Of a DNA stretch of 64,000 nt, positions 1 through 11,400 are shown piece after piece. Origin of the DNA: Octopus sinensis (lineage: Eukaryota). The DNA is taken from assembly GCF_006345805.1 (NCBI RefSeq), contig NC_043006.1, positions 17,732,001 through 17,796,000 of the forward strand, in the 5' to 3' direction. Under the pieces are notes generated by a model. The model searched no databases. It had not been told where the DNA came from and saw only the letters and a program-made list of their open reading frames with translations. The stretch's first letter is position 1, and each line of letters starts with the position of its first letter. Position numbers and translations under genes: made by a program.

Positions 1-219
1 TCTCACCTGTTTCCAAGTTAGCTAAAAGAACAGCAATGAAAAACAGAACCAATATTTAATCAATTTTGTAACTAATGTAACAACTGCTGCTGATTTTGCA
101 CACACTTCAACTGGTCATACTGTCCTGCAGTTGAAGTCTTTGGACCGGGTGACACGTTGTGTTCTTGAGCAAAACACTTCATTTCACATTGCTCCAGTTC
201 TTAAGGACTGTATATATAT

Positions 220-375
220 TCTTTTATTATTTTACTAAAGCACCACCTTTAGTCAAACAAATTGACTTCAAGACTTATTCTCTGTAAGCCTAGTACTTCT
301 TGTATCAGTCTCTTTTGCTGAACTGCTAAGCTATGGGGGCAAGTGCTGGTAGGAGGACAAACACTGACACACAAA

Positions 376-408
<33 letters not shown>

Positions 409-532
409 AATGGCTACTTTCAATTTCCATCTATCAAATCCACTCACAAGGATTTGGTCCGCCTGAGGCTATAGCAGAAGAAACCTAGAACCATGTGGTT
501 GGGAAGCAAGCATCTTACCACACAGCCACTCA
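220..532 (-). mobile_element. Degraded tRNA-derived CORE-type SINE (family A)
   Basis: Reverse-complement similarity to the intact copies at 14212, 18774, 48055 and 51661, with an internal (TA)n tract. Confidence 0.75.
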
Positions 533-540
533 TATATATA

Positions 541-577
<37 letters not shown>

Positions 578-580
<3 letters not shown>

Positions 581-974
581 GCACATGCCGTCAGTAATTA
601 CTCAGAGTAGGCAGTTGGTGACCTAAATGTAGTAAAACACAAAAAATAAACGAAACACATGCACGCAACTGAGCTGTAGGCAGATTTACTTCTGCCTTTA
701 TAGGACGTTAAGAAAACGATGTTGTAGGAGTGTACGCAGCATGTGTACTACAGCAGTACTATGCGTAGCTTTAATGCTGAGATTGAAAGGCAGGGGCGAA
801 TTATTCCTACCTAATCTACAAAAAGAATAAAATATTTTGCATTTTATGCATAGTAATCAGAGTAACCATCATAATTTTATTGAATTGGGTGCATATTTTG
901 TCATAAAAGGAAAATGTTGCTATCAATCTATTTTATTCAAGGTAAGCACTGCCTACCTAGACTGCACATACCTG

Positions 975-1018
<44 letters not shown>

Positions 1019-1415
1019 ATCAGGCACATGCCGTCAGTAATTACTCAGAGTAGGCAGTTGGTGACCTAAATGTAGTAAAACACAAAAAATAAACGAAACA
1101 CATGCACGCAACTGAGCTGTAGGCAGATTTACTTCTGCCTTATAGGACGTTAAGAAAACGATGTTGTAGGAGTGTACGCAGCATGTGTACTACAGCAGTA
1201 CTATGCGTAGCTTTAATGCTGAGATTGAAAGGCAGGGCGAATTATTCCTACCTAATCTACAAAAGAATAAAATATTTTGCATTTTATGCATAGTAATCAG
1301 AGTAACCATCATAATTTTATTGAATTGGGTGCATATTTTGTCATAAAAGGAAAATGGTTGCTATCAATCTATTTTATTCAAGGTAAGCACTGCCTACCTA
1401 GACTGCACATACCTG
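578..1415. repeat. Tandem duplication of a ~396-bp MITE-like unit embedded in (TA)n
   Basis: Copies at 578-974 and 1021-1415 are identical apart from 1-bp indels in short homopolymers. Ends are CAGG...CCTG with an imperfect subterminal inverted match (GTAGGCAGT / ACTGCCTAC). Confidence 0.9.
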
Positions 1416-1417
1416 AT

Positions 1418-1448
<31 letters not shown>

Positions 1449-1802
1449 ATATATATATAGGAATAAAATTTATATATAAAGAAACAAGAACGTGAAATAC
1501 ACAAAGAGACGAACACAGAAAACAGACAGGTCATTCGAAGCCTTTAATCTTCAGTCAGAAACCGGATCATCATAGCAAATTTCGGCTGATTAATTCTGAT
1601 ATTTGCTCCAACATGGCCAGCCCCAAGGAAAAACTAAGCTGTGAGCATTAGATTTCTTGGGAAAAGGAACGAATGTAAATGCAAAACAGAGACGAATATA
1701 GATACAAAAAATGAAAACAAAAATAAAAACAAGAATGGTTAATAACAGGATAACAACAGGTGTCTTACAACTTTAGACAAAATGAGACAAATATAACTTA
1801 TA

Positions 1803-2432
1803 TTCCCTCTGGAGAATTTCCTTGTAGTTTGACCGTTGATGGTCTATTTCTAGCATACGGCCGACTCCCTAGCAGTAAGCCCTGCCAATATACACATATA
1901 TTAGAATTTTATCTGACTCCTCAGATTTTTGTATGCTAGACTACTGGTTTTAAATTGATATTAAAATTAATATTAATTTATCTCCCTCATTATTTAAATA
2001 TTGAAATAAATACGTTCTCTAGTACTAAGCACGAACCGCAGTGAATTATTTACTGCAGCCCTTTGCCTCAGAAATTTATTAGCGCGCCAGAACCAAGACA
2101 TTTGAAATTTTATCACTAGTGTAATCGGTAAAGCTACACACGTGTCTGTACTGGCACGAAAGCTGGGGTTAGCTTTGCCGTTTACATTACTATGAACGGA
2201 TGCACTGAAGAAGCACGGACATTTGGATTGCGTAAGTAATTCTCTTGTTAAGGCTGAAACCGAGGTATGCATTTAATTCTGTTTTTTATATAAATTTTCA
2301 TCTGTCATGCCCGCCAAAGTTGGTTCTGGTGTTCGCTGTATTTTTCCCTCTGGAGAATTTCCTTGTAGTTTGACCGTTGATGGTATATTTCTAGCATACG
2401 GCCGACTCCCTAGCAGTAAGCCCTGCCAATAT

Positions 2433-2437
<5 letters not shown>
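1803..2437. repeat. 94-bp direct repeats flanking a 447-bp CpG-rich core (unclassified, possibly Penelope-like)
   Basis: 1803-1896 and 2344-2437 differ at one base. The unit lies between two (TA)n tracts. The family assignment is inference only. Confidence 0.75.
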
Positions 2438-2497
<60 letters not shown>

Positions 2498-2969
2498 CTG
2501 TCTTTTTTTTTTATTCTTTCGTTATCTACTAACATCATCAAAAGTTAAATACTAAACTGACTTTTCTTAGAATAATATATTTCTTCATAATACTCTTTTC
2601 CTGTGTTTATTAAAAGCATTTTCTTAGTTCGTTTTGAATTTAGCGCATTTTGGATTACCTTGATAATGTGTTAGCATATATTTTTGACTGGTATTTTATA
2701 CCTGTTCTTTCTGTATCTAAATATTCTGGCACAATGAAAACAATCAATGGTAATGAATGGTGTAATCACCAATTAAAACTGTGATTGTCTCCATTCTTAT
2801 TCGTGTTTTATATACATTGTTTGCTTTTATGTTCATTTATTATGAAAACAGCTTTACATTAATCAGAAAAGAGAGTCTAAATTTATTAAGCTTTAACAAG
2901 AATAGTATTGACAGTTTGATGATGGCTTTGCTGACCAAACCTTTGAAGACATTCTTAATACTATACTTC

Positions 2970-3575
2970 ATCATCATCATCATCGTTTAATGTCTGCTTT
3001 CCATACTAGCATGGGTTGGATGATTTGACTGAGGACTGGCGAGCCAGATGGCTGTACCAGGCTCCAATCTGATCTGGCAGAGTTTCTACAGCTGGATGCC
3101 CTTCCTAACGCCAACCACTCCGAGAGTGTAGTGGGTGCTTTTATGTGCCACCAGCACGAGCGCCAGTCTGGCAATACTGGCAACGGCCACACTCGAAATG
3201 GTGTTTTTTACGTGCCACCTGCACAGGAGTCAGTCCAGTGGCACTGGCAATGACCTCGCTCAAATGTTTTGTTCACGTGCCACTGGCACAAGTGCCAGTA
3301 AGGCGACTCTGGTAATGATCATGCTCAAATGGCGCTTTTTACGTGCCACCGGCATGAAAGCCAGACAGCTATTCTGGCAGTGGTCCCGCTTGGATGGAGC
3401 TGTTAGTTCTCCACTGGCATGGGTGCCAGTCATCGAATTCGGTTCAATTTCGATTTTACTTGCCCTAACAGGTCTTCGCAAGTAGACTTTAGTGTCCAAT
3501 GAAGGGAGGTTGGCATGGGTGCCAGTCGTCGAATTTGGTTCGATTTCGAATTCAATTTCGATTTCACTTGCCTCA
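2970..3575 (-). mobile_element. RTE LINE 3' UTR fragment with (GAT)n tail
   Basis: Contains the terminal module CCCACTACACTCTCGGAGTGGTTGGCGTTAGGAAGGGCATCCAGCTGTAGAAAC and a (CAT)n tail on the + strand. Carries two copies of the GAAGACCTGTT..GGCAAGT.AAATC module. The same tail is attached to RTE ORF2 at 15000-16200 and 19798-20976. Confidence 0.8.
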
Positions 3576-4506
3576 AGAGAAAAGAATAAAATATATATTG
3601 TGTGTGTGTGTGTGTGTGTATTTGTATACACATGCATGTATATGGATGTGTGCTTTTGTGACTCCTTGTCTTATTACTGTCACCTTCTTGCATGTGGTAC
3701 TTTTCATTTCCAATTGTCTATGAAAATATGTCCAGCTAGGGTTGAATGTAAGCTTACCTGAAAGCAGGTGATGGTTAGGAAAGGAAGTGCATCTGACCAT
3801 ACAAAATCTGCCTCAGCAAGTACCATCTAACCCATGCAAGCATGGAAAAGTTGATATTATAATGATGGATGGTGGTGGTTAAAATAACTAATTTTGTAAG
3901 GTTTTAAATTTTATATGTGTATGAATGAGTGGGTGTTTTTCTCTTTTGTTCATAAGTTTTGTTTGAATTGACATCTGTAAATTTCATAAATCTTATCCAA
4001 GCTGTTGAAATTTTTGTACTGAAAATAATGTCATTAGATTCCCAGTTGGAAAATGTTCCCACTTGTATGTTTTTTTCTCTTCTTTTTTTTTTTTTTTATC
4101 AAATACCACACAAATAAAGATAGATGTATATCTACAATATTCCCATACATCCTGGTTTTATTATAGATTCTTCATTTAAACCATAATGTTATTATTTTAG
4201 CTTATTCCAAATACGATTAATAATTCCATTCAGAATTATATTCAGTGGAGTGTTCATAGATATATTCTTAGATGTTATATATCTTGTCATTGCATTCACT
4301 TTTACAAAATATGACTTAAATATCTTTTTTTTTTCTTTTTGTCTTAAAATACTTTTTAGAATTTGTGATTGAGTAATTAAGACTATTGAATTGTTGATAG
4401 TAGAATTTATATATAATTTGGGGGATGTAGTATAGAAAAATATCTTGCAAGCAAAGGTGTGTATGCACTCATTTCCATTGACATGCATAGGTAATATAGT
4501 TCTATA

Positions 4507-4571
4507 TGGCATAGTGGTTAAGAGTGCAGGCTACTAACCCCAAGATTCCGAATTCAATTCTAAGCAGTGAT

Positions 4572-4611
<40 letters not shown>

Positions 4612-4755
4612 TCGAAAAATACCTTAGAAATAAGAACCCAGGTTCAAAATTTCCCCCAAGACACCTGATGAAGGCTTGAGGGTATGTCAGCTGAAATGTG
4701 TTAACAACAAATAAGACGAGGACAAATATCCATCAAATGTAAATAACGTAAATAG
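4507..4755 (+). mobile_element. tRNA-headed SINE-like element with (AAT)n and a hammerhead-like 3' part
   Basis: A box TGGCATAGTGG at 4507-4517 and a degenerate B box near 4550-4561. (AAT)n at about 4577-4610, then CTGATGA...GAAA at 4665-4696. Confidence 0.6.
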
Positions 4756-4965
4756 TTACATACATAGGCGTTTCTTCTCACTGAAAATTGCCTGCTGTTA
4801 GATATTGAGCAAATGTTCTTTACTATAATCCAAGGTCAACCAAAGCCTTGTGAGTGGATTTGGTTGAAGGAAACCGAAAGAAGCCTGTCATGTGTATGTG
4901 TTTGTATATGTATGTATGTACATATGCATGCATGCTTTATGCATCTGTAGGTATATGTATGTATG

Positions 4966-5005
<40 letters not shown>

Positions 5006-5249
5006 CATGGGTGTGTGTCTGTGTTTGTGTCCCTCTGTCTTGATATCGCATGATAGATGCATACAAATGTCACAGTCATGGGTATTCCTTGTTTCTAATC
5101 TTTTGTGAACACTTGCCTGGCCATGGAGAAATTTTACCTTGCTTGGAAATAAGTGAGAGATAGTAACAAGAAAGACAACCATAGAAAATCCCATCCAACC
5201 CTTACAAGGATAGGAAAAATGGACACTAAAATCCTACAGCTGCTACAGT

Positions 5250-5590
5250 GGAGGCGCAATGGCCCAGTGGTTAGGGCAGCGGACTCGCGGTCGTAGGATC
5301 GCGGTTTCGATTCCCAGACCGGGCGTTGTGAGTGTTTATTGAGCGAAAACACCTAAAAGCTCCGCGAGGCTCCGGCAGGGGATGGTGGTGATCCCTGCTG
5401 TACTCTTTCACCATAACTTTCTCTTACTTCCTGTTTCTGTTGTACCTGTATTTCAAGGGGCCGGCCTTGTCACTCTCTGTGTCACGTTGAATATCCCCGA
5501 GAACTACACGTTAATTTCACGAGCAGGCTGTTCTGTTGATCGGATCAACCGGAACCCTTGTCGTCAGAACCGACGGAGTGCTTCCACACT
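5250..5590 (+). mobile_element. tRNA-derived SINE (family C), tail type 1
   Basis: A box TGGCCCAGTGG and B box GGTTTCGATTCC. CpG-rich, suggesting a young copy. Possible TSD TGCTAC(A/T)GTG at 5241-5250 and 5593-5602. Confidence 0.85.
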
Positions 5591-6324
5591 GTTGCTACTG
5601 TGTGTGTGTGTGCGTGTTTTTCTTTCTTCTTTTTTTTTTCTATCTTTGTAGGGTTTATTTTTATAAATTTAAGAAGTTTGTTAGTTTTTTAATCATTTTT
5701 ACTTGGCTGTAAGCTAAAATATATATATATGCTTTATAGATTTTCTTGTAAAAACCTTTTGGTAATGACTTCAAAATATATTCATTTCGTCAAAGTTTCT
5801 CTGCATTTATTTGAAGTTCTGCTTGAAAAAGATTTTCTACAATTTTGATGGAAGCTTAGAACTAAAGTAGATTTCAATTAACCTAAGCAGATCTGAGTGC
5901 TTTTTAAGATCTTCTGTATTAGATCTCCCATTCAGAGGAATGTATTAAGGAAGTCATAAAAAGAAGCCTAAAAGCTATGGTAAACATTTACTGTGGTTGA
6001 AAGACTTTGCAGAAGTGTTTTGTTCTGATTCAGGAAGCAAGGTATAAAACTACCAATTAATGCAGTTCATTTTCATGCTGTTAGTTGACCGACTAGAATT
6101 ATCAACCAAATCTTCTCATCAAACTGCTTTGTAAGGGAAAAAGCTTACTAGCTCACTTTCGAATTATAAATGTAGCAGATAACCCTAAATAGTGTTTCCA
6201 TAATTTTTGAGTGTTCATGGGTAAAAATCAGCTTTGATTTAAAAGCTAACAAAAATAAAAGAACTCACATTATTTGGCAAAAACAGGGACTAATAGAATA
6301 CATAACAGACTCAAAATATATAAC

Positions 6325-6730
6325 CGGCTTCCATGCCAGTGGCACATAAAAGGCACCATTTGAGTGTGATTGTTACCGGTGTCGCCTTACTGGCACTTGA
6401 GCCCCATGCTAGTAGGGTGCTAAAAGCACCATCCGAGTGTGATCGTTGCCAGAGTGGCTAAATGGCTTCCGTGCCGGTGGCACGTAAAAGGCGCCTCTGC
6501 CAGTGGCATGTGTAAAAAGATTCGAGCGAGGTCGTTGCCAGTAGCACCTAACTGGCCCTCATACCGGTGTCAAGTAAAAGCATCCACTACACTCTCGAAG
6601 TGGTTGGCGTTAGGAAGGGCATCCAGCTGTAGAAACTCTGCCAGATCAAGATTGGAGTCTGGTGCAGCCCTCAGTCAAATCATCCAACCCATGCTAGCAT
6701 GGAAAGCGGATGTTAAACGATGATGATGTT
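6325..6730 (+). mobile_element. RTE LINE 3' UTR fragment
   Basis: GGCAC-containing repeat units followed by the terminal module and GATGATGAT. Confidence 0.8.
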
Positions 6731-6841
6731 GATTATACTGGAGTTGATATGATTGACGAAACTCTTCAAGGTGGAACCACAATGCAATGACTAAAATGAG
6801 TGAAAGAGTAATGTCATAAAAGTAAGCATATGTTAACTTCC

Positions 6842-6886
6842 AATAGAGCTGGTATTTTACCTGACAGGTAAAATACCAGCTCTATT
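6842..6886. repeat. Perfect palindrome, 22-bp arms with a 1-nt spacer
   Basis: AATAGAGCTGGTATTTTACCTG-A-CAGGTAAAATACCAGCTCTATT. Confidence 0.95.
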
Positions 6887-9800
6887 ATACTAATAGTTAA
6901 ATGTTAAAAATGATTCTATTAATAACTGGAATTGTTAAGATTCACGTGGAAGACTTCATTTAAAAAGACAGGAAAATGATGGTTGACTAGTTAAGACAAT
7001 TTATAAAAGAAGCAACATTTGATTTTTAACTGAGAAATTTTTAATAATTTAAGAAATTGAATCTTTGAAACATTTTTAAAGAAAACTATTCTCATCTTTT
7101 GTCTCCACATAGTCAATTACAGAAATCAATAATAGTTTTTCTTTTATTAACAAAGATGAGTGCACAGTGAGGTAACACATAGCCAATTTTAATGAAGTAT
7201 TAAGTGAATGAAAGTTCACTTGTACTCACTAAGGTAATTCATCAGAATTTTAAAGCAGTTAAATAGTGGGTTCTTTAAAAATGATGTAAAAAGGAAGTTG
7301 TTCAATTTATTACAGATACTAGAGTATGATACTAGATACATGTCATACAAGTTACTTCCAAACTATACTTTTACCATAGTGAATAATATCAGGAAATGAG
7401 GCATACTTATAATAATTGTAATTCAACTTTTATCAAATTTCTTGGCATTTATACAAAATGATGAAATGGATATTAACTTTCAAGAGAAAAACATTTATTA
7501 CCTTGAAATAAAATTAAATAAAATGAATTTCTCATTTGTATATTTGCAATAAATATATGTTATTTTTCTAAACTTTAGCAACATAATCAGTCTATTCCGT
7601 CGCAAAACCTGTTTCTGCAAAATTTAAACTCTTCCTATTACTCCTTTCATTTGTTCCTTCCTCCTCATTCTATGATTCTTTCTCTCTTACTCAGAGAGTG
7701 TGTTGGTGGGTGTAGGTGGTATTCCTTTACTCATTGTCTGCCACCAAGGCCAGTATGTGTATTTGTCCTGCATCTCTTATATTAGCTCTCTCCACATCTC
7801 TTTTTATTTCATTCTCTTTCTCTGACTCACTATATCTGACATAAAGGGATGGTGGAAAAATAAATTAGCCAACCAACCTACATTTATATCAGCTTTTGTT
7901 ATATAGAGATTACTATTCGCCAAATTAAACTAAATCAAGAAAAACATTAGAATCTGGTTATTCATAGACAAACTATTAGAACAGACAAGGTATCACAAAT
8001 AGGAAATTTATATAGAAGTAAATTGTGTGTATAATGCTTGGCTTTTTACCTCCCCCACAGTATTGATTTACTGCTATTTCCAAATCTGCCACTGAGCATG
8101 AAGTATGACTGCAATTAATATCAATACTCTTTCTAGTGACATTCACAAAGTCGCTTAGTATTTGTGTGTACTATCCCCCCTTTTTTTTTTCTTAATAGTT
8201 TGTATTCCATTTCCAGTTGAATTTCTGGCAAATTTAGTGAATAACTGGATAACTCTTTGTTTAAAGGTTATATCCTGTGTAGGTAAAGATCTCACATTTG
8301 TTACAAATCTGTTCTGTTTTAATTCTTGTTTAATTTTTCCTTTCTCAATATGTTAGCTATTTTTAGCAGTTATTTTTAACTGGATATTTCAGTTCATAAC
8401 ATTTAGCTTTCATTGGATATGTCACTCGGAATCAACATCTTTTGAAGAATTCAGATTCATTAACTTGAATTTATAACTTTTTCCACCCACACTGGTGTTA
8501 CTCCCATCTTCTCTTCTGTACTGTGAGTAGCCATGTAACTCCTCTGCTGCAAGAAACTTGTTCTCTTCTGGTCCTTTCCTTCATACTTTAAACTCTTGTC
8601 TCCCAGCAAAAAGCTGCCTCCCTCTCTACTGTAGTCCCCACCCAGACAAAAGAGATCTTAGTCTTGCAAGCTAGATGGTGACTTCATGAAGGTTAGTGTC
8701 ATGATAAAATACTCAGTACACTCTCTAAAGTGGTTGGTATTAGGAAGGACATCTAGTTGTAGAAATCATGTCAGTGCAAACTGTGAAGTACGACTCACCT
8801 TTGAATAGTTGGATCCTCTCACATTGCTCAACCCACACCAGCTTTGAAAGATAGACAGTAAAAGATGATGGTGGTGGTGGTGGTGATGATGTAGTAGTAG
8901 TAGTAGATATATCATTATTATTATTATCATCATTAATAGAAAAGAAAATTCGATAGAATCTTGTCAGTGAACTTTTCTTGTACTTTGTGATTTTTTTACA
9001 ATTCTGAACCAAATTTTCCATAGAATAGTGCTTTCAACAATATACACATTTATACAGAGATGCTTAATGTTTCAAATACATCTTTGTATATTTCAAAATT
9101 TTTGTTTTTCCTCTCTTGTATTGTTTATTACATTTACAAAATAGTTCTTCCTCTATTGCTCTGTATGCATTTTACCATGTCTGATTGCACAAAAAAATTG
9201 AGTGATTTTTTTTTTTGAAGCAGTTAATTTCAGTTGAAACTCCTTCCCTCTGACCACTTATAGAAAAAGGAGAGATTTCTATGCAAAAAATATAAAAAGT
9301 CTACTCATCTTCAGCTGTGTGTTTGTGCATACTTTTCTAAAACTAACTTCTTCAAATCCTTTGTGTGATTTTCCTGACAAATCTAAGTATGGCTATGCCA
9401 AAAAATTTGGTAGTTCTATGCTGCTTAGAGATGGTTTATTTCTCTGACATATTATGCTGTTGTGCATAATCATTTGGGATAGGTTTTTTTTTTCTTTCTT
9501 TTTTTGTGGTTATAGATCATAGCCTGTTGCAATTTTTTACCATCCAACTAGTTACCTATAAAGATTACTGTAATCAGCAATGGAAATATATTTCTGTGTG
9601 ACACATTCTATTTACAGTTGCATTCGGCCAAAGTATAACATCCATTCGTCTTCTGATCACATAACTAGGAGCTGTATATTCGACTAATCTATCTTGCGTC
9701 ACTGTTGTTTGTTTTGTTTTTCTTTTCTTTTTTTTTTGTCTTGGCTGCACAGAATAAGTAATTTTCTACATTTCTAATAAATACCCAGATACTGTTCCTT

Positions 9801-9919
9801 CTTTATTGCTAAGATTAGTGGCTTTCAGTTCTTTTGTGAGATAGATAGATAGGTGTATATTAATATATGTATACATAGATATATATGCATGGATTTAGTT
9901 GTGTGTGCATAATAAATAA

Positions 9920-9954
<35 letters not shown>

Positions 9955-10277
9955 TATATAGGTATAATCTACCTAGGAGAAGGAATTCTCTGAAATAAAA
10001 CCTGAGGCCTTGGAAGTTCCTGGTTTTATCAATTTCCATGTCACACCAGTGAAAGTCTTCTTGGGCCAATAGGTGGGGGTAGTGCAGTGCCAGCCACACC
10101 CACTGAAAATTATTGATCTGCACAGGTACTTCCTGTACACCAAATCTTAGTAAAACCATTGAATTGGTTGGTTGGAAGAAACCTAAAAATGCACTTGTAA
10201 CTTACCATATGTATGTTAGTGTGTGTGTGTGTATATGTATGTATGTGGATATATATATTTATGTTTATGTGTTTCGA

Positions 10278-10331
<54 letters not shown>

Positions 10332-10378
10332 AGCATGGAAAACGGACGCTAAACGATGATGATGATGATGATGATATA

Positions 10379-10610
10379 TATATTTCTTTACTACCCACAA
10401 GGGGCTAAACACAGAGGGGACAAACAAGGACAGACAAACGAATTAAGTCGATTACATCGACCCCAGTGTGTAACTAGTACTTAATTTATCGACCCCGAAA
10501 GGATGAAAGGCAAAGTCGACCTCGGCAGAATTTGAACTCAGAACGTAACTACAGACGAAATATGGCTACACATTTTGCCCAGTGTGCTAACGTTTCTGCC
10601 AGCTTGCCTT
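10379..10610 (-). mobile_element. tRNA-derived SINE (family B)
   Basis: Reverse complement of GGCG..GAGCTGGCAGAAACGTTAGC (A box) ... GAGTTCAAATT (B box) ... GTCGACTTTGCCTTTCATCCTTTCGGGGTCGATAAA ... GCCCCTTGTGGGTAGTAAAGAAATA. Confidence 0.9.
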
Positions 10611-10616
10611 CGGCAC

Positions 10617-11400
10617 TTGTGGTACCAGTGCCGGTGGCACACAAGAAAACCATCCGAACGTGGCCGTAGCCAGTACCGCATCGACTGGCCTCCGTGCTGT
10701 GGGCACGCAACAAACACCATCCGATCGTGGCCGTTCGCCAGCCTCATCTGGCACCTGTGTCGGTGGCACATAAAACACCATCCGAAGACCCAGCAGACTA
10801 GTCAGGCATACCCGTGCCCCTACCTGGGACGTAGTCAGTCACCTGTGCATACCTTCCTTCTTGTGACACTTGTGAAGACCTGTTGAGGCAAGTGAAAATC
10901 AAATCAAATCAAAACAAATCAAATAGATGAACATAAATGGAATTTGTATCTTTGTGGTACCAGTGCCGGTGGCACACAAGAAATCATCCGAACGTGGCCG
11001 TAGCCAGTACCGCATAGACTGGCCTCCGTGCTTTGTGGGACGTAACAAACACCATCCGATCGTGGCCGTCCGCCAGCCTCATCTGGCACCTGTGTCGGTG
11101 GCACATAAAAACACATCCGAGCGTGGCCGTCTGCCAGCCTCGTCTGGCACCTGTGTCGGTGGCACATAAAACACCATCCGAGCGTGGCCGTTCGCCAGCC
11201 TCGTCTGGCACCTGTGTCGGTGGCACATAAAATCACCCACTACACTCTCGGAGTGGTTGGCGTTAGGAAGGGCATCCAGCTGTAGAAACACTGCCAGATC
11301 TGACTGGCCTGGTGCAGCCTTCGGGCTCCCCAACCCAGTTGAACGTCCAACCCATGCTAGCATGGAAAACGGACGCTAAATGATGATGATGATGATGATA
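10617..11400 (+). mobile_element. Young RTE 3' UTR copy with an internal duplication and ~61-bp tandem units
   Basis: Near-collinear with the reverse complement of 19798-20490. 10617-10785 duplicates 10952-11120. Ends in (GAT)n. Confidence 0.88.

Noticed and set aside
1545-1580. Fourth hammerhead-like motif (CTGAAGA...GAAT on the minus strand)
   Set aside because: Stem II cannot be formed convincingly and the GAAA box is broken.
5250-5325. tRNA genes at SINE heads (also 4507, 14212, 45807 and others)
   Set aside because: A and B boxes are present but there is no complete acceptor stem or cloverleaf. Each continues into a repeated SINE body with TSDs.
10950-11230. CRISPR-like appearance of regularly spaced ~61-bp repeats (also 19970-20230)
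   Set aside because: The units are contiguous tandem repeats without unique spacers, lie in an RTE 3' UTR, have no cas genes nearby, and the context is eukaryotic.
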